DNA of 64,000 nucleotides, from contig MU058781.1 of the NCBI GenBank assembly GCA_013265495.1, positions 7,607,009-7,671,008 on the forward strand, in the 5' to 3' direction. The DNA comes from Vicugna vicugna. Its lineage: Eukaryota. How positions within the stretch are numbered: position 1 is the stretch's first letter; every line of letters begins with the position of its first letter. This document shows positions 40,601-51,999 of the stretch, piece by piece. The position numbers were made by a program, and so were the translations under genes. Under the pieces are notes generated by a model. It searched no databases. It had not been told where the DNA came from and saw only the letters and a list, made by a program, of their open reading frames with translations.

Positions 40601-40695
40601 TGAAAATGAATATATATGTTCATGTGTGACTGAAGCATTGTGCTGTACACCAGACATTGACACAACATTGTAAACTGACTATACTTCAACAACAA
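37611..40695 (+). mobile_element. L1 with 5' UTR, decayed ORF1, most of ORF2 missing, ORF2 C-terminus and 3' UTR
   Basis: Starts GGGGAGAGGCGCCAAGATGG (YY1 core) with a GC-rich 5' UTR; ORF1-like sequence ~38700-39625; at ~39755 jumps to the ORF2 'KQLIQLNKKK..NPI' region homologous to 46030+; 3' UTR ends GTAAACTGACTATACTTCAA. Confidence 0.9.
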
Positions 40696-41182
40696 AATAT
40701 GTATACATATATCCAGACAAAATTATGTCTTTCATTAAATATGTCAGTGGTTGAATGATACGCATCTGTATAATCATTTTGGAGAATTCTGGGCAAGAAT
40801 ATAAACTATAAAAGCAAACACATGAGCCTAAAAGGGTTATTCCCAAAGGCTATTTGTTAAATGGAGAAGGAAGAGCAAGAACTTAGTTTGTATTTTTATT
40901 TTCACAAATATCTCCGAGGGACCCTGCTTCTAAGGAAACCAAATAACCCTTGATAAGGTGTTTGTACAGAGTAGATGCCAGCTCTGTTTCCAACTTTCTA
41001 CATCCCTGAGTAAGAACCTGAAGTCTTCATGAAAATGATAATGTGTCTTTTTAATAATAAAAAGACCATGGATAGTCAATAAAATAAGTAATCTGAGCTA
41101 CGTCTTCCACAACGCAGGGGTGGCCCAGATGCTGGCTGAGCTGTAGACAGTACGGCTGAAATTCACTTTCCTGTTACATGCA

Positions 41183-41555
41183 ACAGTATTAGAACAGCTA
41201 GATAAATGGTGAGGTAACCAACCCACCTAGAAACTTAGTGGCTTCTAACAACACAAGTTTCTTCCTTGCTTGTACTGCATGTTTACTGTGAACTGACTCT
41301 ATGATCCGTTTCACGTCTCCTCACTCCAGGTGCCAGGCTGGGAGCCCTGCGGCTACCTGCCGTATAACCAGCTCCTCTGGTGGTAAGGAGGAGCGAGCAT
41401 GCAGAATTTCAGACTCTTGACACTTTGCTCAATTTCCAGCGGCCAGAGCAAGTGCAGTGACATACTCAGCTGGGTGTGGGTGGGAAAATGTCATCCCACA
41501 GTCTGCCTGGAGTGAAGAGAACTAGGTTAGCACTGAACCGCCCTAATGACCACCA
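41183..41555 (-). mobile_element. MaLR LTR (MLT1K/L-like)
   Basis: GGTAACCAACCCACC..TTAGTGGCTT..AACAACACAAGTTT, CCTCACTCCAGG, GGCCAGAGCAAGT, CCCTAATGACCACCA. Confidence 0.6.
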
Positions 41556-42620
41556 GGCATGAACACATTTGATAATTACTTCACCGTGCTTCTATTCTGT
41601 GCTACTGACAGAGACATGGAAAGGACTCCTCGTTAGATTTTGACTATTCAGTTTGACCTCCCAATTAAAAATGAAAAACCTTGTACTTTACATGTAGTGG
41701 TAATAACAGTACTTTCCTATAAGAAGATAGGAAAAATATTCTGGAAGGGTTTGGAGTAGTGAGAGAGCTCTGCCAGGACCCTTCTCGCGATGAGCAAAAG
41801 CGCTGATGTTTAGGGGAGGACAACAAACACTGCTGTCTGCTGCACACAAAGGGAATGGAAAAATAACCGCCACCGCTAGAGGCGGCGCAGGGCCACACGC
41901 TGGGCCCGGGAACACAGATTTAAGGACAAGTCTAGGCCCAAGACAGAAGCTTAGTCGGACAGCAGAATACCCCAAGCCTCCATGCCAGGCTAATCGCTCC
42001 ACGTAAGAAGTCACCTGCAAGACACAAACCCTCTCTGCGGCACTGCACAAAGGAAAGACCAAAAGGTGAGAGTTAAGATGACACTAGGAAAAAGCAAAAA
42101 CCTTCTGATAAAACAGTCCCTACTCCCTTAAAAATATATGTAGTGCACAGAGCATAACCACAGCGACAACAAATCTCAAACCCAGCTCAACTGCTAATGA
42201 GATTAACTTTAACTCCCACAATAAAGTCCCATAAGAAAAAAAAGTACGCCCATTCTAGGCATATGGACTGCATACCTCAGTCTTTATGGTAGTACACAAG
42301 ATGTCTTGTCTCTATAAATATTACAAAGCATTAAAAGGGGAAGAAAAAAATTCCCAAGAAACAATGCAATTCTTAAAAGCAAACTCAGATATGACACAAA
42401 CGTTGAAACTATCTGGTAGGGAAGTTCAAGTAACTATGGTGAATATGTAAACGCACTAATTGAAAAGATAGATAACATGCAATAGCAATTTGGTGATTTC
42501 AGGAGAGAAAAGCAATCTCTAAGGACATATCACGTAGAAGTGTTAGAAATGAAGAAAAAAGTCATGAGATTAAAAAAAAATACCTTTGACAGACTCATTA
42601 GCTGACATACAGGGCCAACT

Positions 42621-43001
42621 TGTCATAATTTGCTGGGGCTGCCATACCACAGTATCATGGACTGGGTGGCTTAAATAGAATTTTTTCTCATAAATTGGCA
42701 GTCTGAAAGGCTGAGACCAAGGAGAGGCTGTGTTGGCTTCCTCTGAAGCCTCTCCCCTCGGCTTGCAGGGGTCCCCTTCTCTGCATGTATTCGTACGCTC
42801 TTCCACTTGTGTGCGTGCCTGTCCTAGTCTCCTCTTCCTATAAAAACACCAGTGATATTAGTTTAGGACCCAGCTAAAGACTTCATTTTAACTTATTTCT
42901 TTAAAAAGTTCACCAAAAGAGACCCTATATCCAAGAGAGTCGTAGGACATCAAAATATGAATTATGTTTTGAGGGAAAACAACACAACTCATCCTACAGC
43001 A
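42621..43001 (-). mobile_element. MaLR solo LTR (MLT1A/B-like)
   Basis: TGTCATAATTTGCTGGGGCTGCCATA..GACTGGGTGGCTTAAA..GGCTTCCTCTGAAGCCTCTC..CCTACAGCA; splits an L1 ORF1. Confidence 0.8.
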
Positions 43002-43058
43002 CGAGGAACGTTTCAGTGAACTTGAAGGTAAGTCCACAGGTATCACACAAACCGAAAC

Positions 43059-43269
43059 TTGTAAACTGACTACACTTCAACAACAACAAAATATGTATAC
43101 ATATATCCAGACAAAATTATGTCTTTGATTAAATATGTCAGTGGTTGAATGATACGCATCTGGATAATCATTTTGGAGAATTCAGGGCAAGAATATAAAC
43201 TATAAAAGCAAACACATGAGTCTAAAAGGGTTATTCCCAAAGGCTATTTGTTAAATGGAGAAGGAAGAG
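43059..43269 (+). repeat. Dispersed ~210-bp duplicate of 40668-40875
   Basis: By-eye alignment gives 5 substitutions and one extra CAA. Confidence 0.95.
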
Positions 43270-44018
43270 ACAAAAAATGAGGGGAGGGAACGCTCCACCG
43301 AAGGGATCAGCCAAGAACTGTAAGGCAATTTAAAGTGGTCTAACGTAAATGTAATTAGAACCCCAGAAGAAGAAACCGAGTAGAAGAAAACATTTAAAGA
43401 AATAAAGGTGAAGAAGCTTTAAAAATTTGTGACAAACATCAAACTTCAGATACGAGAAGCTCAAGGACTACCCAGCAGGGAAAATACCAAACACACACCA
43501 ACACGCATTCTACACACATGCTAAGCATATCACACTAAGTATGTCACACAGACTGATAAAAACAAAAGGCAGAGGGAAAGGAAGTCAGTGTAAGACACTA
43601 CCTCCACAGGAATAAGAATAACAAAGCAGACTTCTTACCAGAAGCAGTGCAAGCTAGAAGGCAATGGTGTGCCATCTTTAAAATTTGAAAGGAAAATAAT
43701 TCTATCAATCCAGAATTGTCTATTCAGCAGGAATATATTTTAAAAATTAAAGAAAAATAACAATTTTTCCAGATTACAGTAAACTCTGGGAATTTGACAG
43801 AAGACTTAATCAACAGGAAATACTGAATGACGTTCCTTGGGCAGAAGGAATCTGACAACAGAAGGAAACTGAGATCTATGCAAAAAGGAAGAGCACTAGA
43901 AATGGAAGTAAAATGAAACTGCTTTCTTATTTTTAACTACTTTATAAAACAACTGATTAAATCAAGGATAGTAGGAATATACGCTGTGTTTATAGCATAT
44001 AAAAAAGTGCAATATATA

Positions 44019-44272
44019 GACACAGAATACAAACTTGTGGTTGCCAAGGGGGCGGGGGGTGGCAAGGGACAGACTGAGATTTCAAAATGTAAAATAGATA
44101 AACAAGATTATACTGTATAGCACAGGGAAATATACACAAGATCTGGTAATAGATCACAGTGAAAAAAAAATGTGACAATGAATATGTTTATGTATAACTG
44201 AAAAATTGTGCTCTGCACTGGAATTTGACACAACATTGTAAAATGACTAACTCAATAAAAAAAGTTAAAAAA
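44019..44272 (+). mobile_element. Young 5'-truncated L1, 3' UTR only
   Basis: Closely similar to 46753-47005; A-tail; GCAATATAT on both sides as a TSD core. Confidence 0.85.
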
Positions 44273-45708
44273 AGCAATATATGACAACAATAGCACAATA
44301 AGTGAAAAGGGGAAATTGGTAATACACTGTTATAAATTTCTTACACTACACATAAGAGATACAATCTTACTTAAGTGTAGACACTGATTACATATGTATG
44401 TTGTAAAGCATGTATATAAATTAAATCCTACAGTCATAACTAAGCATTCTTTATCAATAGAGGAGATCAAGTGAAATGATAAACAATAACAACAAAAAAG
44501 AAAAAGAAATACCAGAAGAGGAAGGAAAAATAAATTTAAAAAAATGGAAAAATAGAAAACAGCTAGAAAGTTAGTATAGTTCAACCCAACAGTATTAATC
44601 AGCATCACCTTAAATGAGGATGATACAAACATGAATGAAGAAACGGAAACGGTCAGATTTGTTGTCTACAAGAAATCCACATTAAATATAGTTACACATC
44701 TGTTAAAGGTGTAAGGATGGGAAAAGGCATGCCATGCAAACATGTTTTAATGCAATCAGAGGAAAGACTAGTTGTAGAAATATCAGACTTTACATCAAGG
44801 AGTATTCTCAGGGATACAGAAAGATTACACGATGATAAAGGGATCAGTTTTCCAGAGACGTAAGAGTGTTTATGTATCCACCTAACAACAGTTTCAACAC
44901 ATATGAAGAAACAATTTACTGAACTAAAAGAATAAGCAAATTTATAATTATGACAGGAGACTTAAACATTCCTTTCCTCAGTAATGGATAAAACAAGTAA
45001 AATCAGTGAGAAGATAAAAGACCTGAAAATATCATCCATCCATCATATTAACCTACTATTTAACAAGGTTTACAGAAATTCAACAACAACAAAAAATGCA
45101 CATGGAACATTCACCAAAATAGACCTTAGTTTTTAAAAGCCTGAAAAATGTAAAAGAAGAAAACACACATATTCTTAGACCATAAAATAATTAAACTAGA
45201 AATCAGTGAAAGAAGAATCATGAGGGAATTCCCAAATGTGTGGATTTAAGGCTTCAAAATAACCTATGGGTCAAAGACGAAGTCTCGGGGAAATTTTTAA
45301 ATACTTTGAACTGTAAAAAAGCCTTGAAAATAGAACATATCAAAGTTATCTAATGCTGCTAGTAGAGTATATAGGGATAAAATAATAGTATTAAATGTTT
45401 ACATTACAAAGAGGAAAGATCTCAGATAAGTAATCTAAGCTTCTACCTTAAGAATCCAAAGAAGGAAACAATTTTTAAAATACAGATATCAATAAAACTA
45501 AAAACAGAAAAAAATAGAGAAATTTTTTTAAAAAACCTAAAGGTGTTTGAGAAAATTAATAAAATTTATAAATTTCTAGCCAAAACAACCAGAAGTAAAA
45601 AAGAAAAATAACAACAATATTAGGAATGAAAAATGGATCATCACGTGAGAGCCCATAGACATTAAAAGGATATAAAGAGACCCCACAGACACCAAAAGAG
45701 TATAAAGA

Positions 45709-47077
45709 GGACAGCAGCATGTAAAACAATGAAGCTAGAACACTCCCTTACACCATATACAAAAATCAACTCAAAATGGATTAAAGACTTAAACATAAGA
45801 CAAGATACAACAAACCTCCTAGAGGAAAACATAGGCAAAACATTATCTGACATACATTTCAAAAATTTTCTCCTAGAAGAAATAAAAGCAAGAATAAACA
45901 AATGGGACCTAATGAAACTTACAAGCTTCTGCACAGCAAAGGAAACCAGAAGTAAAAGAAGAAGAAAACCTACGGAATGGGAGAAAATTTTTGCAAGTGA
46001 AACCGACAAAGGCTTGATCTCCAAAATATATAAGCAGCTCATACGACTCAGTAAGAAAAAAATAAACAACCCAATCCAAAAATGGGCAGAAGACCTAAAC
46101 AAGCAATTCTCCAAGGAAGACATACAAATGATCAAAAAGCACATGAAAAAATGCTCAATATCACTAATTATCAGAGAAATGCAAATCAAAACTACAATGA
46201 GGTATCACCTCACACCAGTCAGAATGGCCGTCATTCAAAAATCCACAAATGACAAGTGCTGGAGAGGCTGTGGAGAAAGGGGAACCCTCCTACACTGCTG
46301 GTGGGAATGCAGTTTGGTGCAGCCACTGTGGAAAACAGTGTGGAGATTCCTCAAAAGACTAGGAATAGACTTACCATATGACCCAGGAATCCCACTCCTG
46401 GGCTTGTATCCAGAAGGAAATCTACTTCAGGATGACACCTGCACCCCAATGTTCATAGCAGCACTATTTACAATAGCCAAAACATGGAAACAGCCTAAAT
46501 GTCCATCAACAGGTGACTGGATAAAGAAGATGTGGTATATTTATACAATGGAATACTACTCAGCCATAAAAACCGACAACATAATGCCATTTGCAGCAAC
46601 ATGGATGCTCCTAGAGAATGTCATTCTAAGTGAAGTAAGCCAGAAAGAGAAAGAAAAATACCATATGAGATCGCTCATATGTGGAATCTAAAAAACAAAA
46701 ACAAACAAACAAACAAAAACAAAGCATAAATACAGGACAGAAATAGACTCATGGACAGAGAATACAGACTTGTGGTTACCAGGGGGGTAGAGGGTGGGAA
46801 GGGATAGACTGGGATTTCAAAATTGTAGAATAGATAAACAAGATTACACTGTATAGCACAGGGAAATATACACAAAATGTTATGATAAATCACAGAGAAA
46901 AAAATGTGACAATGAGTGTGTATATGTCCATGAATGACTGAAAAATTGTGCTGAACACTGGAATTAGACACAACATTGTAAAATGATTATAAATCAATAA
47001 AAAAAATAGATAAAATACCTGAGTATCATTTAAGTGCACTATTTGAATAAATATAAATATTCAAAACTAAAAAAAAA
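45709..47077 (+). mobile_element. Young 5'-truncated L1 with probable 3' transduction
   Basis: ORF2 C-terminus, 3' UTR, A-tail, extra segment and second A-tail; TSD AGTATAAAGA at 45699-45708 and 47077-47086. Confidence 0.9.
45729..46691 (+). pseudogene. LINE-1 ORF2p C-terminal 320 aa, open but lacking endonuclease and RT domains
   Basis: [36 protein letters not shown] motif [18 protein letters not shown] and [16 protein letters not shown] are hallmark L1 ORF2p motifs. Confidence 0.95.
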
Positions 47078-47336
47078 GTATAAAGAAAATATTAAGAACA
47101 ACCCAATGTTGATGATATTTAACAAGTTAAATGAAGTTGACCAACTACTTAAGTTTAAAAATACTAAAACTTACTCAAGAACTAGACAACTTGAATTAAC
47201 AGGAACTGATTTCCTACTTAAAGCCTTGCAACAAGAAAACTCTAAGACCAGATGGTTTCACTGGAGTATTCTATCAAATATTGGAAGAAGAAATAATATA
47301 AATTCCATTTAATCTCTTCCAGATAGGAGATTAGGT

Positions 47337-50300
47337 GTAAACTTCTAAAATGGCAGCAGGTCCATGGATCTTTTCTAATAATCAGTGAAAATTATAAAAA
47401 GCAACTATTAAGTCTCTAAAAATTGTCCAAGGACATATAGCAAATGAAGAAGTACTTATTTAAAAGAATCTACCAAATCTACCTTTTGGTAAGGAAAGGG
47501 AGAATGTGGCATTTGATCCATGACCTGCCCCTTGTCCATCCCCAGCCATTGTGATGGAAGCTTTACTCTGCAGAATGAGTCAAAAAGAGGGAGCTCTTTC
47601 TCTTCCAAGCTCCTAGTGGGAGACACAGGCCACTAAAATTCTTACTCACCCCTCCCAGTTCCATACTGCAGGAGCTGTATCCCAGACAAATGCAGTTAAG
47701 GTGTCCATGGCTCCATTATCCACCCCGCTCCTACCTGTAGGGACAAGGCTCTATCCCAGGCGTGGCAGGCCGAGAGTTCTGGGCTCCAGTCACCCTTACC
47801 CCACATTGTTTGGAGGATAAAGTTTCCACACTAGGAGAAGTTTCCATGCAAGGAGACCAGTGGCACCACCTCACCCAACACCTAGTTTGCAGACCAGTTG
47901 TATCACACTGAGAAAGAGGTCACTGTCTCCAACCCACGTCTGCAACAGGGGCATAGCATGGAAAGCAGGCCAAGAGAACAGAGCTCCACAGCTCTCCCTA
48001 ACAGAACTGAGTTTATTTGGAATGCAGTGTGGGGAAGTTCAAGCCCACCGGTGCTGTCAAAAACAGCAGACACTCTGGTGATGAGCAATTAAAAAGAAAC
48101 CTATAGCTCCGTGATAGCAACAAGCAAAGTGGTAGACCAGTTAGAAGTTTAAGAGAAATACGAGGAAAAGCTTGGGGTCAGAGAAAGCCTCAGTGACTGG
48201 CTTCAAAGACTAGTCCTGGAAAGGGTCTAATTTTGACTGAATCAGACTGTGGAGCAATTTGTGCCCCAGATCACTGTTGTGAACAATAGAGCAGTAAGTA
48301 GAGGCTAACAGCTAGGCATGGTGTCAATCGAGGCAGACCAGCTAGAAGCTTAACAGAGAGAAGAGAGCAAGAACAGTTAAAACCACTGTCATCCTTGGGA
48401 GTGGGGGATGGGTTGGTCAGGGTGACTGTGTACGTCAACGCTCAAAGTTCTGTTCTCTGAGGTGCGACACCAGCGGATGCACACCGTGGGAGAAATACAC
48501 TTCACTGACATGTCTAGGCAAGTCACTAAATAAGCAAACACTAACAGAAACTACAGAACCCAGGAAGGGCTAAATGGAATCTGTATCCAGAATTGCAACA
48601 ATATATGCTTTACGTGCCCCAAATTCAATAAAACTTACAAGACATGCAAACACATAAGAAAGTGTGACTGATAAGCAGGGGGAGAAAGGTAGACAAGAGA
48701 AACTCCTTTGAGAAGGCCCGTATGTCATATTTTGCACCCCAATTCTTCAAAATACCCACGATGAATATGTTCAAAGAACGAATGGAAACCAAGCTTAAAG
48801 AAATAAAGGGAACTATGATAACAATTTCTCCAAATAGAGAATTGTCAGTAAAGAGATAGAAATTATAAGAGGAAACCAAGTAGAAATCCGAGAGCTGAAA
48901 AGTACAGAACAGAACTGAAACGAACTCACGAAGCCCCTCTCACCACTCCTTTTCAGTACTGTACTGGCATTTCTAGCTACTGCAACAAGACAAGAAGAGG
49001 ATGTAGGAGATACACAGATTGGGAAAGAAGAACTAAAACTGTTGTTGGCAGATGACATGATTATCTCCACAGAAAACCTAAAAGAAACAACAAGAAGATA
49101 GGAACTAATAAGCCATTACAGCAAGACTGCACAATACAAGGTTAATGTACAAAAGCCAATTGCTCTGCTACACAACAAACAAATGGAATTTGAATTAAAA
49201 ACTCTGTACCATTTACACTAGCACCCCCCACGATGAAATACTCAGGTAAAAATCTATCAAAATATGTACAATATCTATATGAGGAAGACTAGAAAACTGT
49301 GATAACTAAAATCCAAATTAAAAAGCACATGTTACAACGGAAAAACGGATAATTGGACTTCATCAAAACTAAGAACTTTTGTACAGCAAGTGATACTATC
49401 AGTTAAGTGAAAAGACAATCCACAGAATGGGAGAAAATTTTTACAAATCATTATTTAACATGGGACTTTAAACACAATAATGAGACAAACAATTCAATTA
49501 AAAATAGAAAAGTCTAAATCCAACTGTGCTGTAGTTAGTAAAGTTTTCATACATATAGCAGATATAATTGTATGTTACAAATAAGCAAAGGGGGAACTCT
49601 GTGGTGCTGGATCTGATCAAAAATATCAGGATACATTTATGATTAGACAGATGATACAGACAGACAGATAGATATGAATACAGATGCACTGATACATATG
49701 AACTAGTAGCGATGGATGTATCTCCTAGTGCTGTTTGGTGAGGAGTAGAAACAGTGACACTCCAATAGCAATGAGCACTCCTAGTGCGCAGACCTTGGTT
49801 TCCAAATACCATTATCCAATAAAAGGAACCAGGGCTCCTTTGATAAGTGATTGATTCCCGGGATGGAACAGGCAAATATACACTGAGCCAGGAGCATTAC
49901 ATGGTACCGGAAAGAAAGAAAATGCTTTAAATAAAGAAGGAGCATTACATGGTACCGGAAAGAAAGAAAATGCTTTAAATAAAGAAGAAAAGATGGCAGC
50001 ATGTTGAAAGGACACAAAATGCTCTCAGTAGCCAAAGCTGGAACAATTTGAATAATATTAGTGTGGGATTATAAGCCAAAGGATAAAACAAATACCCATG
50101 AGTCCGTACTAATATAAAATATATACAGAAGGACTCCAATTAATAAATGTAGAAGTAATGGAAAATGAAAAAAAATCACTATTAGAACACCATAGTAATA
50201 ACTGCTATAGGCATGGTCATCTGATGGATGCTAAAAATAGTGAATGTCTGAGGAAAAACAGGATATTTGAATTGAGTCTTGAAATATCTCCACACAAGAT

Positions 50301-50793
50301 GCTTATTAATTATAATAGGGAAAGTAGTAACTTTAGAGTGAAGAAACCAAGCAGATACCACCTTAGCTGAGTGATCAAGGTCAAAGTCACTAGTACCAAG
50401 ACACAGCAGCTTTGTGTACTTTCTGATGTGATGCACTAAGAAGGCGTATCGCCTCTGTGGTATTCTTCCCCCAGATGCATAAACAAAACAGCTGAGCACG
50501 TACTCGTCAAACACATCAAAGTCACAAAAGACAAGGAAAGACTGAGGAATTCCCACAAACTAAGGCGTCTAAGGAGACATGATGACTAAAGGTAATGAGG
50601 AATCCTGGGTTGGATTTGGCAACAGGAAAAGAACGTTAATCAAAAAACTGATGAAATATGAATAGTTTCTAGTTAATTAATACAGTTAATGTCATTTTGA
50701 TAATTGTACTATGTTATGTAAGATGTTAACACTGGGGGAAGTTGGGGGAAAGCTACACGGGGGCTCTATGTCTAAAATTATTTCCAAATAAAA
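47337..50793 (+). mobile_element. Composite old L1 (5' UTR/ORF1 start, RT fragment, L1MC-type 3' end)
   Basis: ACTTCTAAAATGGC start; 48933-49080 translates [28 protein letters not shown] (RT core); 3' end GTAAGATGTTAACA..TCTAAAATTATTTCCAAATAAAAA. Confidence 0.75.
49890..49987. repeat. Perfect 48-bp tandem duplication
   Basis: AGGAGCATTACATGGTACCGGAAAGAAAGAAAATGCTTTAAATAAAGA occurs twice in tandem. Confidence 0.97.
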
Positions 50794-51329
50794 ACTAAAA
50801 AAAAGAACCCTCCCTCTAATTTAAATGCTCATCAGCAATAGAGAGATAAATTATTGTGATGGTTTTTGAGGTGCTGGCAATGTTACGTTTCTTATCCTGT
50901 ATTATGCTCGCAATTTTCCACTTTGTAAAAATTCACTGAGCTGTAATTTGATTCAACTCTTAGCTTTCAAATATTGCATTGGCTTCTGAATTCACATGGT
51001 TCTATGAAAATCAAGATTCATCAGTCAAGTTTACATCTAAGACTAAAGGCTTTAACTATATTAGAGAACAGTCTGGTGCTTAATTTAGACAGGTAGCATT
51101 TGATGCGCGAATATACTGACCCCAGAAAGGGTCAGTCTCGGGGACATTCACCAGATGTCAGTGATATGCTGCTGAGTTTTCCAAGAAGACAGTGATACTA
51201 TCTGCAAATAATTATGTTTTCTGAAGTTAAAATTTTTCTGTCAAAGTCTCAGGGTTTTTTGTCTGTTTTACCAGTTTAATTTAATTTGTTCTAATTCCAA
51301 AACACTACCGGTGTTAAATAATTTTGGTA

Positions 51330-51890
51330 AATATGGGTATATCAATGGTTTCAGCTTTACTTAATAGACATCTCAAATAAATGGCTTAAACAATAAATTA
51401 GATTATTTCATTTCAAATAACCTTTCAATAGGATTATTCCAGGACTGGTTAATGTTATTTCTACAATATCAATTTAAAAATTCATATTCGTTGCATCTTT
51501 CCTCTCTGCCATCTGCAGAAAAGCCTGACATTCCCCATGGTAGCAAGAAAGATACCGAAGCACCAGCTTTCACACTCACACACCACAACATACTAAAACC
51601 AAAACAGAGGGACTTCTGTGCATCAATCTTGCCCATTTCCCCAGAAGCCTCACAACAGAAATCTTAGCTTTTCATTTTCAGAATTTTATCATACGCTCTT
51701 TTCTAAGGCTTTTCTAAGGCTCTTTGCCAAGGTAACAGAGTATTACCAGGAATGGTTCAGACCTGTCACATTCCACCCTGTGGGGATGTAGAAGGACCTA
51801 GAATGCCATGGAGGACACAGCCACCTGGCACCTGAGTGACAACGAGGGTCTATTAGCAGAAGGAAGTAATTCTTGAGTTGGACCTGCCCA
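51330..51890 (-). mobile_element. MaLR LTR (MLT1K-like)
   Basis: TGGTTTCAGCT..TAAATGGCTTAAACAATAAA, CCCAGAAGCCTCACAACAGA, GGGTCTATTAGCAGAAGGAAG. Confidence 0.5.
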
Positions 51891-51999
51891 GCTGCCAGAG
51901 AGGACACAACTCCATTACACTCGACTGTGGCGGATTCTTTGTAGGGGATCTTCTGTCCTCTGAGGAACGACGCAGCTGTTGTTGAGATACTCATTGTAA

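Larger units (their letters stand above)
41700..47322 (+). mobile_element. Old L1 (L1M-type; 5' region, ORF1, ORF2 endonuclease/linker) hosting several nested insertions
   Basis: ORF1-like GATAGATAACATGCAA and AAGCTAGAAGGCAATGG; ORF2-like GATGATAAAGGGATCAG and ATGGAACATTCACCAAAATAGACC; resumes at ~47087 after the young L1. Confidence 0.75.

Noticed and set aside
41868..41890. CTCF-like CCGCTAGAGGCGG (a similar partial match lies near 54455)
   Set aside because: Mismatches at core positions, and it lies in probable L1 5' UTR sequence
45649..45708. Degenerate 30-bp tandem duplication next to the young L1 5' junction
   Set aside because: 6/30 mismatches show it is much older than the young L1, so it is unrelated to that insertion
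45662..46189. 175-aa hydrophobic minus-strand ORF
   Set aside because: Antisense shadow of L1 ORF2
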